Source: Macrostomum lignano (lineage: Eukaryota). Taken from it: 37,168 nt of DNA. Location: positions 1-37,168 of the forward strand of contig NIVC01004717.1 in assembly GCA_002269645.1 (NCBI GenBank), in the 5' to 3' direction. A model generated the notes under the pieces. It was given only the letters and a program-made list of their open reading frames with translations, ran no database searches and was not told where the DNA came from. A program made the translations under genes and the position numbers. This document shows positions 1-27,757 of this stretch, piece after piece. How positions within the stretch are numbered: the first letter of the stretch is position 1; each line of letters starts with the position of its first letter.

Positions 1-2278
1 GCTGCTGCTTGTTTGGCGTTTCAATTTTACTAAGTAAAGCAAGGCATAAAATAAAGTATAAAAGATAAGAAAAAAGCTTAACTTTCTTTGTTTACGAAGC
101 ACGAAAATGTTCAGGTTGCCTTGGTGATTTGCATGTCAGATTATCATATTCATGACTATTATCACAGAAAAAGGCTGTTCAGATGAGCTGAAAGAAAACA
201 AATGTTTCTAAACGATTTAAAGATCAAGGACCATTGTAGTATAGCTGAAGACCAAGTTATACTAAATTGGTCCTTGGTCAAGATTCGAGAAGCGAAAGAT
301 GATTCATGGAAGATTGAAAAAAGTTATCATGTTGATTTTCACAACAGCCATGTAATTCGGAACTGCTTCAAACGTTAGATCCAAAAGCCACTTGTCAGGT
401 GATCGAACCAAATATAAGACTACTATATAGCTGCTGCAAAGATGATTAATGCTTTTTACTCACACCTTGTGTCCTTGTCATGAATTACTCGTATCTCGTC
501 AATTGACAATTGTCATGACATCCTATAGCAACCCATTTTCTTTGTCTATTCCGGTAGCGGTATTCTGTACGCTCGTATATGCATGCAGTGGCATTAATAG
601 GATGTTTTTTACATGTAAATGTAAATCATCACAGTAATCCTCTTGAACTATTTGATGTTACGTAAATTGCAAAATAAAAAGCATTTTGATTGTTCAATTC
701 ATATTTACCCATTGTTTCACAAGTCACAAGTCAATTTTCTACCATCTTGTATTGCTATTATTAGACGTACACATGCATAACATGTATTGTTCGTAGTAGT
801 CGTTCTCATCAATGCGGATTGCTATTTGCTAGCAAGTTGCAACACTCCAGTCCAATCTAATCTTAGGTTGAATGAAGCCTATATTACACGTTGTTTAATA
901 GCAATTTATTTTAAGGTCCAAGCTCCTGCCAGCTAGAGGGTAGGGGACGGGGGTGTCGGGGCTGGGCGGACGGGTTGTAAAATCGCATTAAAATTAGGAG
1001 TAGCCCGCCCGGCCAGAACAGAAAGGAGAGGAAGGCGGACTGTTGGGGCAGGGGATGCTTTTATTAAGACTCTGATTGGCTTAAAACTGCGGTCACGTGA
1101 CAGTTTATCCACACATACTTAATCTTATCTATACTATAGGGGTATAGGCCTAGGCCTGTTTTATAGGGTGCGAGTGCGGAATAAGAATGATTCCGCTTGC
1201 TTAGCTAAAAAGGAGAGAAAATAAGGCCCACGCTTGTGACCACACCAAAAGCGTTTAAAATAAAACGTACAGACGCTCTTACCCTCTTATTGTCTGGGCC
1301 GGGGCCTCTTAGGTCTTAACCACGCAGCAAGTTAATGACATTTTTATAACAGCCTTTTTACAATTACAGGTTTTAGTTTAAACGTTTTTGAATAGCGAAT
1401 GTATATAATTGGACGATGGAAGCTTCTCGATTAAGGAATGAAAAAGACACAATTTATTCGTAATTGGATTTGTATCGTTTTTCTTTATAAAGCTCTCAGT
1501 AAATAGAGTTTAACTTTATAATAATAATTATTGTTATATCTATAATTTATCCATGCACGAGTTGAGAATAGAATAAAAATGAATATTATATTTATCAATA
1601 AACAAGTAAAATCTATGCAGCATATTAACCAGCTGCACGATAAGCATAATACACATGTATGTTGTAATCAATTTAATTACTTGTGTTGATATTATTGGCA
1701 TGCAAATAATAATAAAATTAAGGTAGGTGACTGACTGACAAACCAAATAAACGAATCAAAATCATTAATTATCAACCTAAGTGACTGATCAATCAATGAA
1801 CTCGAATTCAGCAGCATTTTAAATAGTGTATTCGATTATTGTATAAATAGCACAGGCAGGTAGGAAAAAATCTGTTTAATATTGCATTAAAATGATGAAA
1901 AAATAATTCAATACTAAACAATACATAGAAAAATTACTACAGACAGGCAAACACACCTAAAATTTCAAGACTTATAAGCTTAGGCTTGTCAAGTTGTCGG
2001 TGTCACATGTAAACATTATGGCCAAAATTACAGAAATGAGAAATTTTGATTTATGAGTGCAAGAATTATCGTGTAAAATAATATAGTGAGTAGTATGTAG
2101 ATAATTAAATAATTAACATTTTATTAATTACACTTTGTTGATCCAGTCTGCTCCGAATATAAAAATCACTTGATTTAGAGGTCATCATGACAATGACTCA
2201 TGCATGATTAGAAATAGAGAAAACTGAGAATGGCATAAGACAGTCAGACAGAGCAGAAACGCGCGAGGTTTAAGAACA

Positions 2279-2642
2279 GTGAGATTAGAGATAGGATACA
2301 TTGGAGAAGGTGAGATTAGAGATATGATACATTAAAGGGGTGAGATTAAAGATAGAATAAATTCATTGGAGGGGTGAAATTAGAGATAGGATAGATTCAT
2401 TGGAGGGGTGAAATTAGAGATAGGATAGATTCATTGGAGGGGTGAGATAAGAGAGAATAGAATACATTGGAAGGGTTAGATAAAAGATGGGATACATTGG
2501 AGGGGTGAGATTAGACATAGGAGGTATTCATTGGAGGTTTGAGCTTAGAGATAGGATACATAGGAAGGGTGAGATTAGAGATAGGATACATTAGAGAGGC
2601 GAGGTTGGAGATACGATACATTAGAGGGGTGAAATTAGAGCA
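2279..2642. repeat. 30-35-bp minisatellite (GGGGTGAGATTAGAGATAGGATACATTGGA), about 11-12 copies
   Basis: Visible tandem repetition. Confidence 0.9.
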
Positions 2643-3274
2643 ACCAAAACAACGGATCAAGAGCATCTGGCGTGAATGCTTCAAATCTGTTGTTTGCCGC
2701 CAATTTTCTGCTTTCTAAGAAACAACTTTTCAAAGGCCACTTGCTCAGACAGGGAATAAATTGTACAGAAAAAAGTTGGACAATAAATTACTAATATTAT
2801 AAATTTAGAAGCAAAAAAATTATGAGCAAAATTCATTTGATTTTACTGCAGTCTGCATGCGTCGTTAGAAAACTTTGACAAGGCCTCTCAAAGTCTTCGA
2901 AAAGAAGAAATTTAAGTATTATAATGAAACACTATATAATTGTTAATCTTTTTAACACATTGAAAGAAAAAGGAATGAATGAAAAAGCAAAAGCAAAAAT
3001 ATCCAGAGGGCGAAGGTGAACAGGAGCTGCTTTGAATATTTTCAAGCCATAAAGATCGCTTGGTCAGCCGACTAGAATCAAAACTGTAGACTGAGGCGAA
3101 ACGAGCATCAGATAATAGAATTAGAAGACATGGTTTGTAAAAAGCTATTCAAACAGATGACCGACAGCATCAAGGAGCGTCAATTAAGAGAAAATGCGAC
3201 ACCAAAAAGCGAGAGAAATAACTTGACTAGCAATTATCTTATTCAGCTGATCAGTCGCATAGCAACAAAGAGTA

Positions 3275-3845
3275 AGCAAACCCGTATCTAGGGTAAACAA
3301 CTCCGTATCAAGTGTAAATATACACCCATATTTATGGTAAAAACCCGGAATTAGATTTAAAAAATCCGTATCTAAGGTAAAAAAACATATATCTGGGGTA
3401 ATCAAGCCCGTATCAATGGTAAAAAACCCGTATATAGGGTAAAAACCCGTATCTAGGGTAAACAAACCCGCTGTTCCGCATCTATGGTAAAAAAAACCGT
3501 ATCTAGTGTAAACAAACCCGTATCTAGACTAAGCAATCCTGTATCTAGGGTAAATAACCCCGTATCTAGGGTAAAACCGGTGGGTAGGGTAAGCAAACCA
3601 GTATCTAGGGTAACCAAACCCGTATCTAGGGTAAAAAACCCGTATCTAGGGTAAAACCTGTGGCTAGGGTAAGTAAACCCATATCTAGGGTAAACAAACC
3701 CGTATCTAGGGTGAGCAAACCCGTACCTAGGGTAAGCAACTCAGTATCTAGTGTAAACATACTCATATTTAGGGTAAAAAACCCCGTATTTTGGTTAAAT
3801 AAATCCTTATCTAAGGTAAAAACCGGTATCTAGGGTAAGCAAACT
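3275..3845. repeat. 21-23-bp minisatellite (AAACCCGTATCTAGGGTAAAC)
   Basis: Visible degenerate tandem units, each with ACCC/GGGT dyad symmetry. Confidence 0.9.
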
Positions 3846-4717
3846 TGTTGCTAGGCAACGAGTGGATGCGAGTGGATTAGTCAACATAAACTGTCATGGT
3901 TTGAAGCTTAATAACATACTAATAATTCAGCCAGCACTCTGAAAATATATTTATTAAGCAAGGTAAACAGAAGTAACAAAAAATAAGTAAATAAGTTGCA
4001 ACGTGAAGTTTAATTAGTTAAGACTAGAAATATGATAAGCTGAAACAATAATCGGATACCAATAAAAGCAAACCAAAGATTACAGCAGTGAATGGCGCCC
4101 GAATTCGTGTGTACAAGAAGCGATTCTCTGTCAGGCAATTTTTATGAACAAAAAACGCTATGCATAAACAACATAATATATACAAGAAAAAGCTGAAACT
4201 CAAAATTGGGTAAAAATATACGTTTGTTTACTCAACTTGCCACTGACTAGTTATAAAAAAGCGACATTTACGCTTTATTTATGCAACTGACCTGCTTATA
4301 ACAGTAGCGGTAAGCGGATATAACAAGAAAAAACTATACAAAAAGCGAAAAATCATGAACATTATCCATTATATTAGCAATATTTGCAGGTAAGTACAAA
4401 ATTTGAGAAATTGATCATTATTTTAATTCGAAGGCAATACTGTGTGACAATCTTAAAAGAAGAATAGAAAGCAAGGATTGAAATTGTAAAACAAACGACT
4501 TGACTTTCACACACAATTCTCATACGACTTCCATTACACATGAAGTCTATATTTTTTGCAGAACCACTAAAATGGCACAATTTGAACCGAAGAGTAGCAC
4601 AAGGCTAATGGTTTATAAGAACGGAGACGTTACCTATGACCAAATATTAGTAGTGAAACACTCAGTTGCTATGGTGATGACGTCAGTCCATAAAGCACGA
4701 ACGCAAGGAAAACACTC

Positions 4718-5100
4718 CCGTTGCAACGATAACCAATCGTGATCTAATATAACCATTCCCGTTACTAAGCGAGTCAACCAATCGGTATCCAAGGTAAACA
4801 CTCCTGTTGCAAAGCAAAATAACCGTTCGGTATTCAAGGTAAACAGCACTGTTGCTAAGCAAAATAACCGTTGGGTATCAAAGGTAAACACTTCCGTTGC
4901 TAAGCAAAGTTACTGATCGGTATCCAAGGTAAAAACTCCCATTGCTAAGCAAAATAACCGTTCGGTATCCAAGGTAAACACTTCCGTTGCTAAGCAACAT
5001 AACTGATCGGTATCCAAGGTAAACACTTCCGTTACTAGGCAAAGTAACTTATCCTCCGTATCCAAAGGTAAACATCTCGGTTACTAAGCAACAAACGATT
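4718..5100. repeat. 45-bp minisatellite, about 8 copies, just 3' of the LNX stop codon
   Basis: AAGGTAAA(C/A)A recurs at 4881, 4926 and 4971 (period 45). Confidence 0.9.
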
Positions 5101-5153
5101 AGTAACCGAATAGCACAACAAAAAATTCTAGCCTTACACACTTGATTTCAACG

Positions 5154-20228
<15,075 letters not shown>

Positions 20229-20380
20229 TCATCCTGAATGAAGAATTTCCATGGACGCATGCGTATAACATTAATATCATCAAAAAGTATAAAAATATAT
20301 CTGGCTACGGATTTCGTAGACATTAAACATATGGGAGGCCCGTGCTACTCTTTACAATAGGGTTTCAGAGGCCTTACTAG

Positions 20381-21275
20381 GCCTGGCTACCGTTCCCCAG
20401 TGCTTCCGGGAACCTGCTACCGTTCCCAGGTGCTTCCAGGGTCCTGATACCGTTCCCAGGTGCTTCCAGGGTCCTGATACCGTTCCCAGGTGCTTCCAGG
20501 GTCCTGATACCGTTCCCAGGTGCTTCCAGGATCCTGATACAGTTCCCAGGTGCTTCCAGGGTCCTGATACCGTTCCCAGGTGCTTCCAGGGTCCTGATAC
20601 CGTTCCCAGGTGCTTCCAGGGTCCTGATACCGTTCCCAGGTGCTTCCAGGGTCCTGATACCGTTCCCAGGTGCTTCCAGGGTCCTGATACCGTTCCCAGG
20701 TGCTTCCAGGGTCCTGATACCGTTCCCAGGTGCTTCCAGGGTCCTGATACAGTTCCCAGGTGCTTCCAGGGTCCTGATACAGTTCCCAGGTGCTTCCAGG
20801 GTCCTGATACCGTTCCCAGGTGTTTCCAGGGTCCGATGCCGTTCCCAGGTGCTTCCAGGGTCCTGATACCGTTCCCAGGTGCTTCCAGGGTCCTGGTACC
20901 GTTCCCAGATGCTTCCATGGTCCTGCTACCGTTCTCAGGTGCTTCCAGGGTCCTGATACCGTTCCCAGGTGCTTCTATGGTCCTGGCACCGTTCCCAGGT
21001 GCTTCCAGGGTTCTGCTACAATTCCCAGGTGCTTCCAGGGTTCTGCTACCGTTCCCAGGTGCATCTTGGAACCTGCTACCGTTCCCAGGTGCATCTTGGA
21101 ACCTGCTACCGTTCTCAGGTGCATCTTGGAACCTGCTACCGTTCCCAGGTGCATCTTGGAACCTGCTACCGTTCTCAGGTGCATCTTGGAACCTGCTACC
21201 GTTCCCAGGTGCATCTTGGAACCTGCTACCGTTCCCAGGTGCATCTTGGAACCTGCTACCGTTCCCAGGTGCTTC
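20381..21275. repeat. 30-bp minisatellite (GGGTCCTGATACCGTTCCCAGGTGCTTCCA), about 30 copies
   Basis: Direct reading; source of the repetitive 312/171/153-aa ORFs. Confidence 0.97.
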
Positions 21276-21383
21276 AGAATCGTTCAACACTTCCTAGGTG
21301 TTTCAAAATCTGTAGTTCGGCATTACAGGATCTGACTACTAAATAACGTCAATTCCTAATCATCAGCATTGCTCAGATTGCAC

Positions 21384-21660
21384 TTGCCCCTTGCTGTTCA
21401 AACGTGTCTATTGCTGCTGCTGGTTTCTGACTTTTCCACGGCGATGCAGCTGCGGTGGCCGTACCAGTTTGCTGCGGCTGAGTCTGCGGTGGCGGTGGCG
21501 CCATGCCAAGCGGAGGCAGATTGGCATAGCTGCCGCTGGATGGAATGAAAGCGCCAGCAAATTTCTCGCCATCTGCGCCAGCCTGCTGCTTCTGCTGTTG
21601 TTGCTTTTTATCAGCCAGCGTTTGCACTCTGCTTTGGGGGCTTTGGCCGTGCCGGGCCAA
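21384..21660 (-). CDS. Candidate upstream coding exon of LNX (Q/P/A-rich low-complexity)
   Basis: GC-rich island in AT-rich DNA, open frame KKQQQQKQQAGADGEKFAGAFIPSSGSYANLPPLGMAPPPPQTQPQQ.... The donors are weak (A|GTGCAA or GGG|GCAAGT) but phase-compatible with acceptors of the 19869 exon. Confidence 0.4.
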
Positions 21661-24346
21661 AACCTCGAGACAATTTGAAAATTATAGACAGTTCTGATTG
21701 AAGTAGAGAAAACTGCCTAGCAGTCAACTACTAGGCTGAATTGCTTTTGTTTTTCAGCAGTTTCTTCTTCAGCAAAAGTTCTAAAATCAGAAGTAACTTG
21801 ACTGAAAGTTGGGAAATTTTGCATGCAAGTTTAGCATGTTAGCTAGTGTAGTGATAATAAAAAGTGAAAAAAACGTTTTCTATTATTACATTAAGAAAAT
21901 AATCATTTGAGCTACACTTTACAATGTCTAACAAAAACCCCAGTATACATGCATAAAGTTAAATTGAAATAATTTATATTTGAAATGGTAGAAATCCCCA
22001 ATGGAATTAATGTTGAAAACCTATAGACATACACTTAGAAATCAAGTACATATCATTTTACTGCACATTAGCATGGCTTGGTTTAAGCATTGGCTTTGTC
22101 ATTCCTGATCTTACTAGCTATTATTCATATTTTCCTCTTATTTTTTAAGTATTGATGCTCCTTTTTTTCAGACCAGTAAATATATGTTTATATAGAGGCC
22201 ATTGCCTTTATGTTCCTTCCTGGGCTAGGTACTTATAGATAAAAATACCATATAGATTTGTAAGATTCGCACCTTAAATTATCTTAGAACCTATCTTCTA
22301 AGATTTTAGCCTTTTTAAACAAAACATATTTGAACTTTCAAAATGACAAGTTAAACAAAAATGTAGGGATCAACTATGATCACAGTCATGATCACAAGGA
22401 AAAAATCACATGTTGTTTTTTGCCAATCACAATGTGTGAATATCATGAATTAAACCTAACTTTTTAAGGTCATAGCACAACATATTGAAATATACAATTG
22501 TGTAAAAAGCAAGCCAAAATTGCAACTTAACTTTTATTGCATGTTGGGGTAGAATGTTACCATAGTCAGGATCATGGAATGCTTGCACCGGAACAAATCC
22601 TATCAAAAAAGTTTGAATACGCTGTGTGCCGCAACTTCATGAAAAATGCAAAAAATAGTAATTTTCCATTCAAAAAATACTGGTAAAACTTGTTTTTGAA
22701 TCTGTTTCATGGAAAATACAATGTTTTATGGAAGAAATAACATGCTAATTTTCTATCAGAGAAAATATTGTCCTGTCAGAAGTTTTTGTCTTGCAACAAA
22801 TTGTGCCAATTTTTTGTATCTTGTGCCATACTGCAATGGGATTTTTCTCCCTTGCTTGCTATTGCACCAGATGTCCAACCCCCTTTTGCGCTAGAATTTT
22901 CCATAAAAAAGGCCATCTTCCTGACTATAAGAAAGTTGTCTGCTAGCCATTTTTAAGAAGATAGATAGATATACCTACCGAAAAACCATTTTTAATATAT
23001 GGATTTATTTGCAGTATTTGTAGCTTAGCAAAAAATATTTCTAACCCTAAACCTTTTTTCTTTAAGGCCCCAAAGTTTGTAACTAATTTTGATCATAGAC
23101 ACGTTTTTTTGCCAATGACATCAGTGCACAAATTCAAAATTGCATAATTGTTAATAGTTGTCAAAAGTCAGAAAAACCCAGTAATTGCAAATGAAAATTA
23201 AGTTGCAACCCCCACAATAGAGTTTTAATGCTAAAATGCTTAAAAAATTAGTATAATGAAAATATTCATTTTTGAAAAGTTTCATATCAATAGCTAAAAA
23301 ATATGCATAAAGTAAGTTTTACAAACAGTTCTATAGGATAGCCAATTTATTAGGCCTATATCATACTCCAGATCATATAGTATATGCCCAAAAACTTGGG
23401 CATGCATTGGCCTTCTTAGTAGGCATGCACAGTTGGCATGTATCATCACTCCTAAAAAATAATGTACATGCATACCTAGTATGCACTTCAAAGAATCACA
23501 TGGAAAAGTTATTACGGAGTAAAAAAGATGAAAAAAGCTCATTTTAAGCATAAATTTCAAGTTTTCTAGGTTTTAAAAGCTTATATTAAAGCATTTAAAC
23601 AAATCTTTGCATATATCATTTTTCTACTATGAAAAATATTGTCAAAAAAGTAGAAAAATTAATGAAATTATTTGCCAAAAGGGTCCATTATGCAATTTAA
23701 AAAATGTATTTTATTCTCACAACATAAAAAGGTCATTTATTGTTACAGACAACCTTCTTAGTTTTGAAAATGGGTATCATGCACCTAGCATGATCTGGAC
23801 TATGGGGCCTATATTTTAATATTTTGTTTAATTATGAATCTGATTGTACTAAAAAACTAGAAATTTATGTGCAACTTTAAATGATGCCATTTTAATATAT
23901 AGGAATAAATAGGCTCCTAGTTTTTTTAATTATAGATTTATAGTGATACCTATTTACATACATGTGCAACATCCAAAATTTGGTTTGCCATGCAACTTAG
24001 TTTTAACAAAAATATGACATTTTTGGCCATAAATATGACTTACATGTAAAAAACCCTAAACCAAAATTAATGCAACTTTGGGTAAATGGCAAGATTAACT
24101 ATTATTGTCTTATTAAGCCAAAATGCCTCATCAGCTACTTAGTACTACTAGTTGGTTATTTTTTAGGGTGGGCATTATTGCAACTTCCTTGGTTGGCCAC
24201 CAAATCGGTCAGCTAGATCGGCCGACTCGGTTGACTATTGCGCATGTATGCCTATTTATTAGAATATTTAACTTCTTTATACTCTATATTGATAAACGAA
24301 GATAAGATTTTGCTATTTGTTGTTAGAAGTAGTTATTAAATATATA

Positions 24347-24824
24347 ATAAAAAGTGAAGATCAACATAGATTATATTCTTTTGATGCATTTCGGTCCAAC
24401 TAGGGCCATCTTCAGGTCTGGTATAGGCCTTTTTAGTCACACAACAACTTTTATAAGAAATAAGCAAACAAATGTTTACTGTATAGTCCAAGGGGCATAT
24501 CATGGGTAGCATGCTTGGGCGCAACCTTGGGATTCACCCGGCCGTTTCTATTGGTAACACACACATGTATGTCGCTATTGGACAGAATAGTAGTCACGTG
24601 ACTGCTCTCAGCCAATAGCGACTTACATGTCTGCATTGCCAATAGAAATGGCCGGGTGATTCCCAAGGTTGCGCACGTATGATGGGTAGAATTTTTCAAA
24701 GTTGAGCAGAGATTACGAGTACATTGTTCAGGTTTGTGCCTTCACTTAGAATACATTGAGCAATCCCTAGTTAGACCAAAATGCATTGAAAGAATACAAT
24801 CTATGTTGATTTTCACTTTTATAT
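24347..24824. repeat. Nested double inverted repeat: outer arms 24347-24405 and 24765-24824, inner palindrome 24519-24674
   Basis: Compared by eye, the outer arms of about 60 bp and inner arms of about 78 bp are reverse complements with scattered mismatches. The inner centre is GTCACGTGAC. Confidence 0.92.
24383..24415 (-). ncRNA. Minimal type-I hammerhead ribozyme-like motif (Penelope-like element type)
   Basis: Minus strand CTGAAGA-T-GGCCCTAGTTGGACC-GAAA-TGCA-TC: both core boxes, stem II with one mismatch, palindromic AUGCAU helix III and an AUC cleavage triplet. Stem I is not evident. Confidence 0.45.
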
Positions 24825-27757
24825 TTCTTTGCCTTCTAAAGCGTGCTACTTTCTTACCTCAATAATAAAAAGTACTTTTAGTTTTGCATGTAACATATTA
24901 ACTCTTCAAAGCAAGCAGCATCTTCATAGGCCTAAGCCATAAGACAATACCAGTGCAGTCATTAGGGGCTAGTATAATAGGCCTACTGTAGTCTATAGTT
25001 ATAGGCCCTAGTTAGTATAGCCCATATAGCCACTATAGCTCTATAAGTAGAAAACTAAATAAGCACTAAGCAGAGGCAATTAGGCCTAGATTAGGCCGCA
25101 AATTAGGCCTAGGGCCTATGTACATTTATGCTATGTTTATACAAAATTCTGTGCACTATTCCTGTACTATATTTACCAAAAGTGGATATAAAATCAGGAA
25201 GCTTTTGTATATACAAATATATCAAGCAAGGGCCAACTAGCCAAGGCCATTCATGCTTAAGCCCCTATTTTTTTCTGTGACAAAACTCTTCAACTATAGG
25301 CCTAGTATATGCTGTATATAGCTAGATGCTTAATATATTTGTAATTTTTCAACAGATTGGCTTGTATAAAGGCCTATGTCTATGAGTAGGTCCTAGAACT
25401 AGCTAGGCCTATGAATGGCTGTCTATCCACCTATCCTAAGTTAGGCCTATTATTTTCTGATTGACTTTATTACTATATTTATAGTCACAGTGCACCGCGT
25501 AAAAAGTTCAAGCACTGTGTAAGAAGTAGGGTAACATTTCCCTTACTTCCTATGTACTATACTTCTTACAACTTCTATGGCAGTGGTAGTCTCTTATACT
25601 TTTAACTTGTATTGGTCTGCGGAACAAGAAGGTTCGCTTTTGCGACAAACAATACTTCTAGGAAAAGGCTAAACTATAAAAATAAAGTAACAATGCAAGG
25701 CCCGTCATTATTAATTTTTTTTAATTCTTAAAATTAGCGCCACTTAAAGTAATAAATATCTTATGGAACATTTACAATCCTAATATTTTATGCTTTTTGT
25801 TTAAGTACTGCAAAAGCAGTAATTAAAATTTGAAAATTTCCCTTTAAAATTTAAATTACGAATCATGTGATGCAGCTGGCCAGCGTGTACAGTGTACACG
25901 GTCATACTTGCCAACTTATTGCCATGACTTCAACGAAGTTGGAAATTAAATGATTCTGTAATATCTATGGCATATAAATGTGTATGCCTACTGAATGTGT
26001 GGGAGCTGGACAGTTAGCTGGCATCATGCCAAAAAATGAACCGAGACAACAGCTAACAGACAACAGATAATATTAAATCCTTAGAACATCCATGCACCAA
26101 AACTAGTTGTCTAAGATGTGTCTGTCTGTCCGGTTGTACGAGCATAAAGCTCTATTAATTTCAAAAATAGTACCACAGCTGCATTTGTTAAAGTAGAAAC
26201 TTCATACATGTACTGACATTATCATACAATATTTTAAAAATATAGTCAAGCTATAACAAGGGCCACCCAATTGTAATGATGCCTGTGAATTTCACTACTA
26301 TATGAATTACGTAAGTTACAGATAAAGAGGCGCATGTACGTTGAGTGCACCTCTGTATTAAGTGTACATGTTGCTGAGTACCTCTATATTTGTTTTACTT
26401 CTGGATGGTTCTATATACAGTATCTCTAGTCAAGGTTTTTCTCTAATAAGTTTGTTTACATGTAGAACATGTATGGTAAAAGGCTTAGTAGTCGTGATTA
26501 TCCTATTTTAAGCATTGCCAGTTGACAAAATCGACAAAATTGTTTTAACTTTCTCAGCAATTTATAAATCACACTCGGACTAAAACATACTTTAATTGGA
26601 CCATTTTAAAATGGGTAAGCCTACGTTATTGTATGCAGCTATGGTGCCACTTGAGTCTTGAAAAAAATTCTCGCTATTAATTTCATTTGTTCATACGGCC
26701 ATCCAATGAGCTATTATTACATGTAAACCGAATGACGCATAAAGTACAAGCCGGTTGATCACACGAAAATTGGGGAGTTGTTCGACCGAGAGACGCAGAC
26801 GTCAGTTTATCGTCGAAGAAAACGTGCCAACGGTGTAAAGGTGCTAATTTGTAAATAAAGAAACTCGAAAAACGAAATTGCATGTTTTGTTATAAAAATT
26901 ACTCTTATCAACAATTACATATATTTTTTAAAGAAAAATTTACTGCAGAATGAGGCAGATACAGTTATTACGTAGCAATACCAAAAATGAAAAGTACACT
27001 CCAACTTTAGTTATAGAGAAGATGAGAGCCTAAACTAATGAACATGAAGTAAATTCATACAGAAACACACAGAATCTATATACTGCCTTAGGTAGAGTCA
27101 GTTCCATGTGACAGTTGGATCACTAAAGCAGTGACAGTGACTGTTTTATGTTTTTATCTTGCTTTTATCAGTTAGTTTGTTACAGTAGTCACTTTTGCTA
27201 AACTCTACAGATTGAAATGGTATAATGAAATGTTTGGGGGAGATCGCCAACCAAGCAAAGTTTCAGATCTGTCTATGGCAAAACCTCATTCGGCGCTATG
27301 CAAAATCTATCGCAAATCTTTGCGAGATAGATCCGTTTTAAAAGACACAAGTTTAGTTTTAGCGTTGCCGCTCTTCAATAAATACTCTTTTTTTCTCAAA
27401 AAAAATTTCTGATAAACTTGAGTCCAGAAAGCGAGATAACTACTGGGTATTTAGTGTTGAGAAAAACTAAAGCATTCTAGAATATACTCCAGCAAAATTT
27501 GCCAGCTTGTGATAGGGTTAGAAAAATAGTAAGTTTTGATTGATTGATAAACAAAATTCTAAAAGCAACTTTTCCATTCTCGAAATCTTCCTATGTCGTA
27601 CGAAAACGAAATTTTGCAAAGAAATCACAAATCATCAAAGTTATTTTTTCACATCGAAAGCCGCAAAAAGAGAACACGATGAACATTATTTGATTAATAA
27701 CTGCCTAAATACCCAACTCATTGGTTAATTATTAACGCTAATAATGTTCGCTTCATA

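Noticed and set aside
244-277. Hammerhead-like CTGAAGA plus hairpin
   Set aside because: The stem is not followed by GAAA or a cleavage triplet. CTGAAGA in the 36-bp satellite also lacks the second core box.
202-378. 58-aa ORF MFLNDLKIKDHC...
   Set aside because: Short, with no recognisable motif or splice support; cannot be told apart from decayed or random sequence.
20352-21290. 312-aa repeat protein ORF
   Set aside because: TTG start preceded by an in-frame stop, produced by a 30-bp satellite; no usable in-frame acceptor and the peptide changes at a 1-bp deletion.
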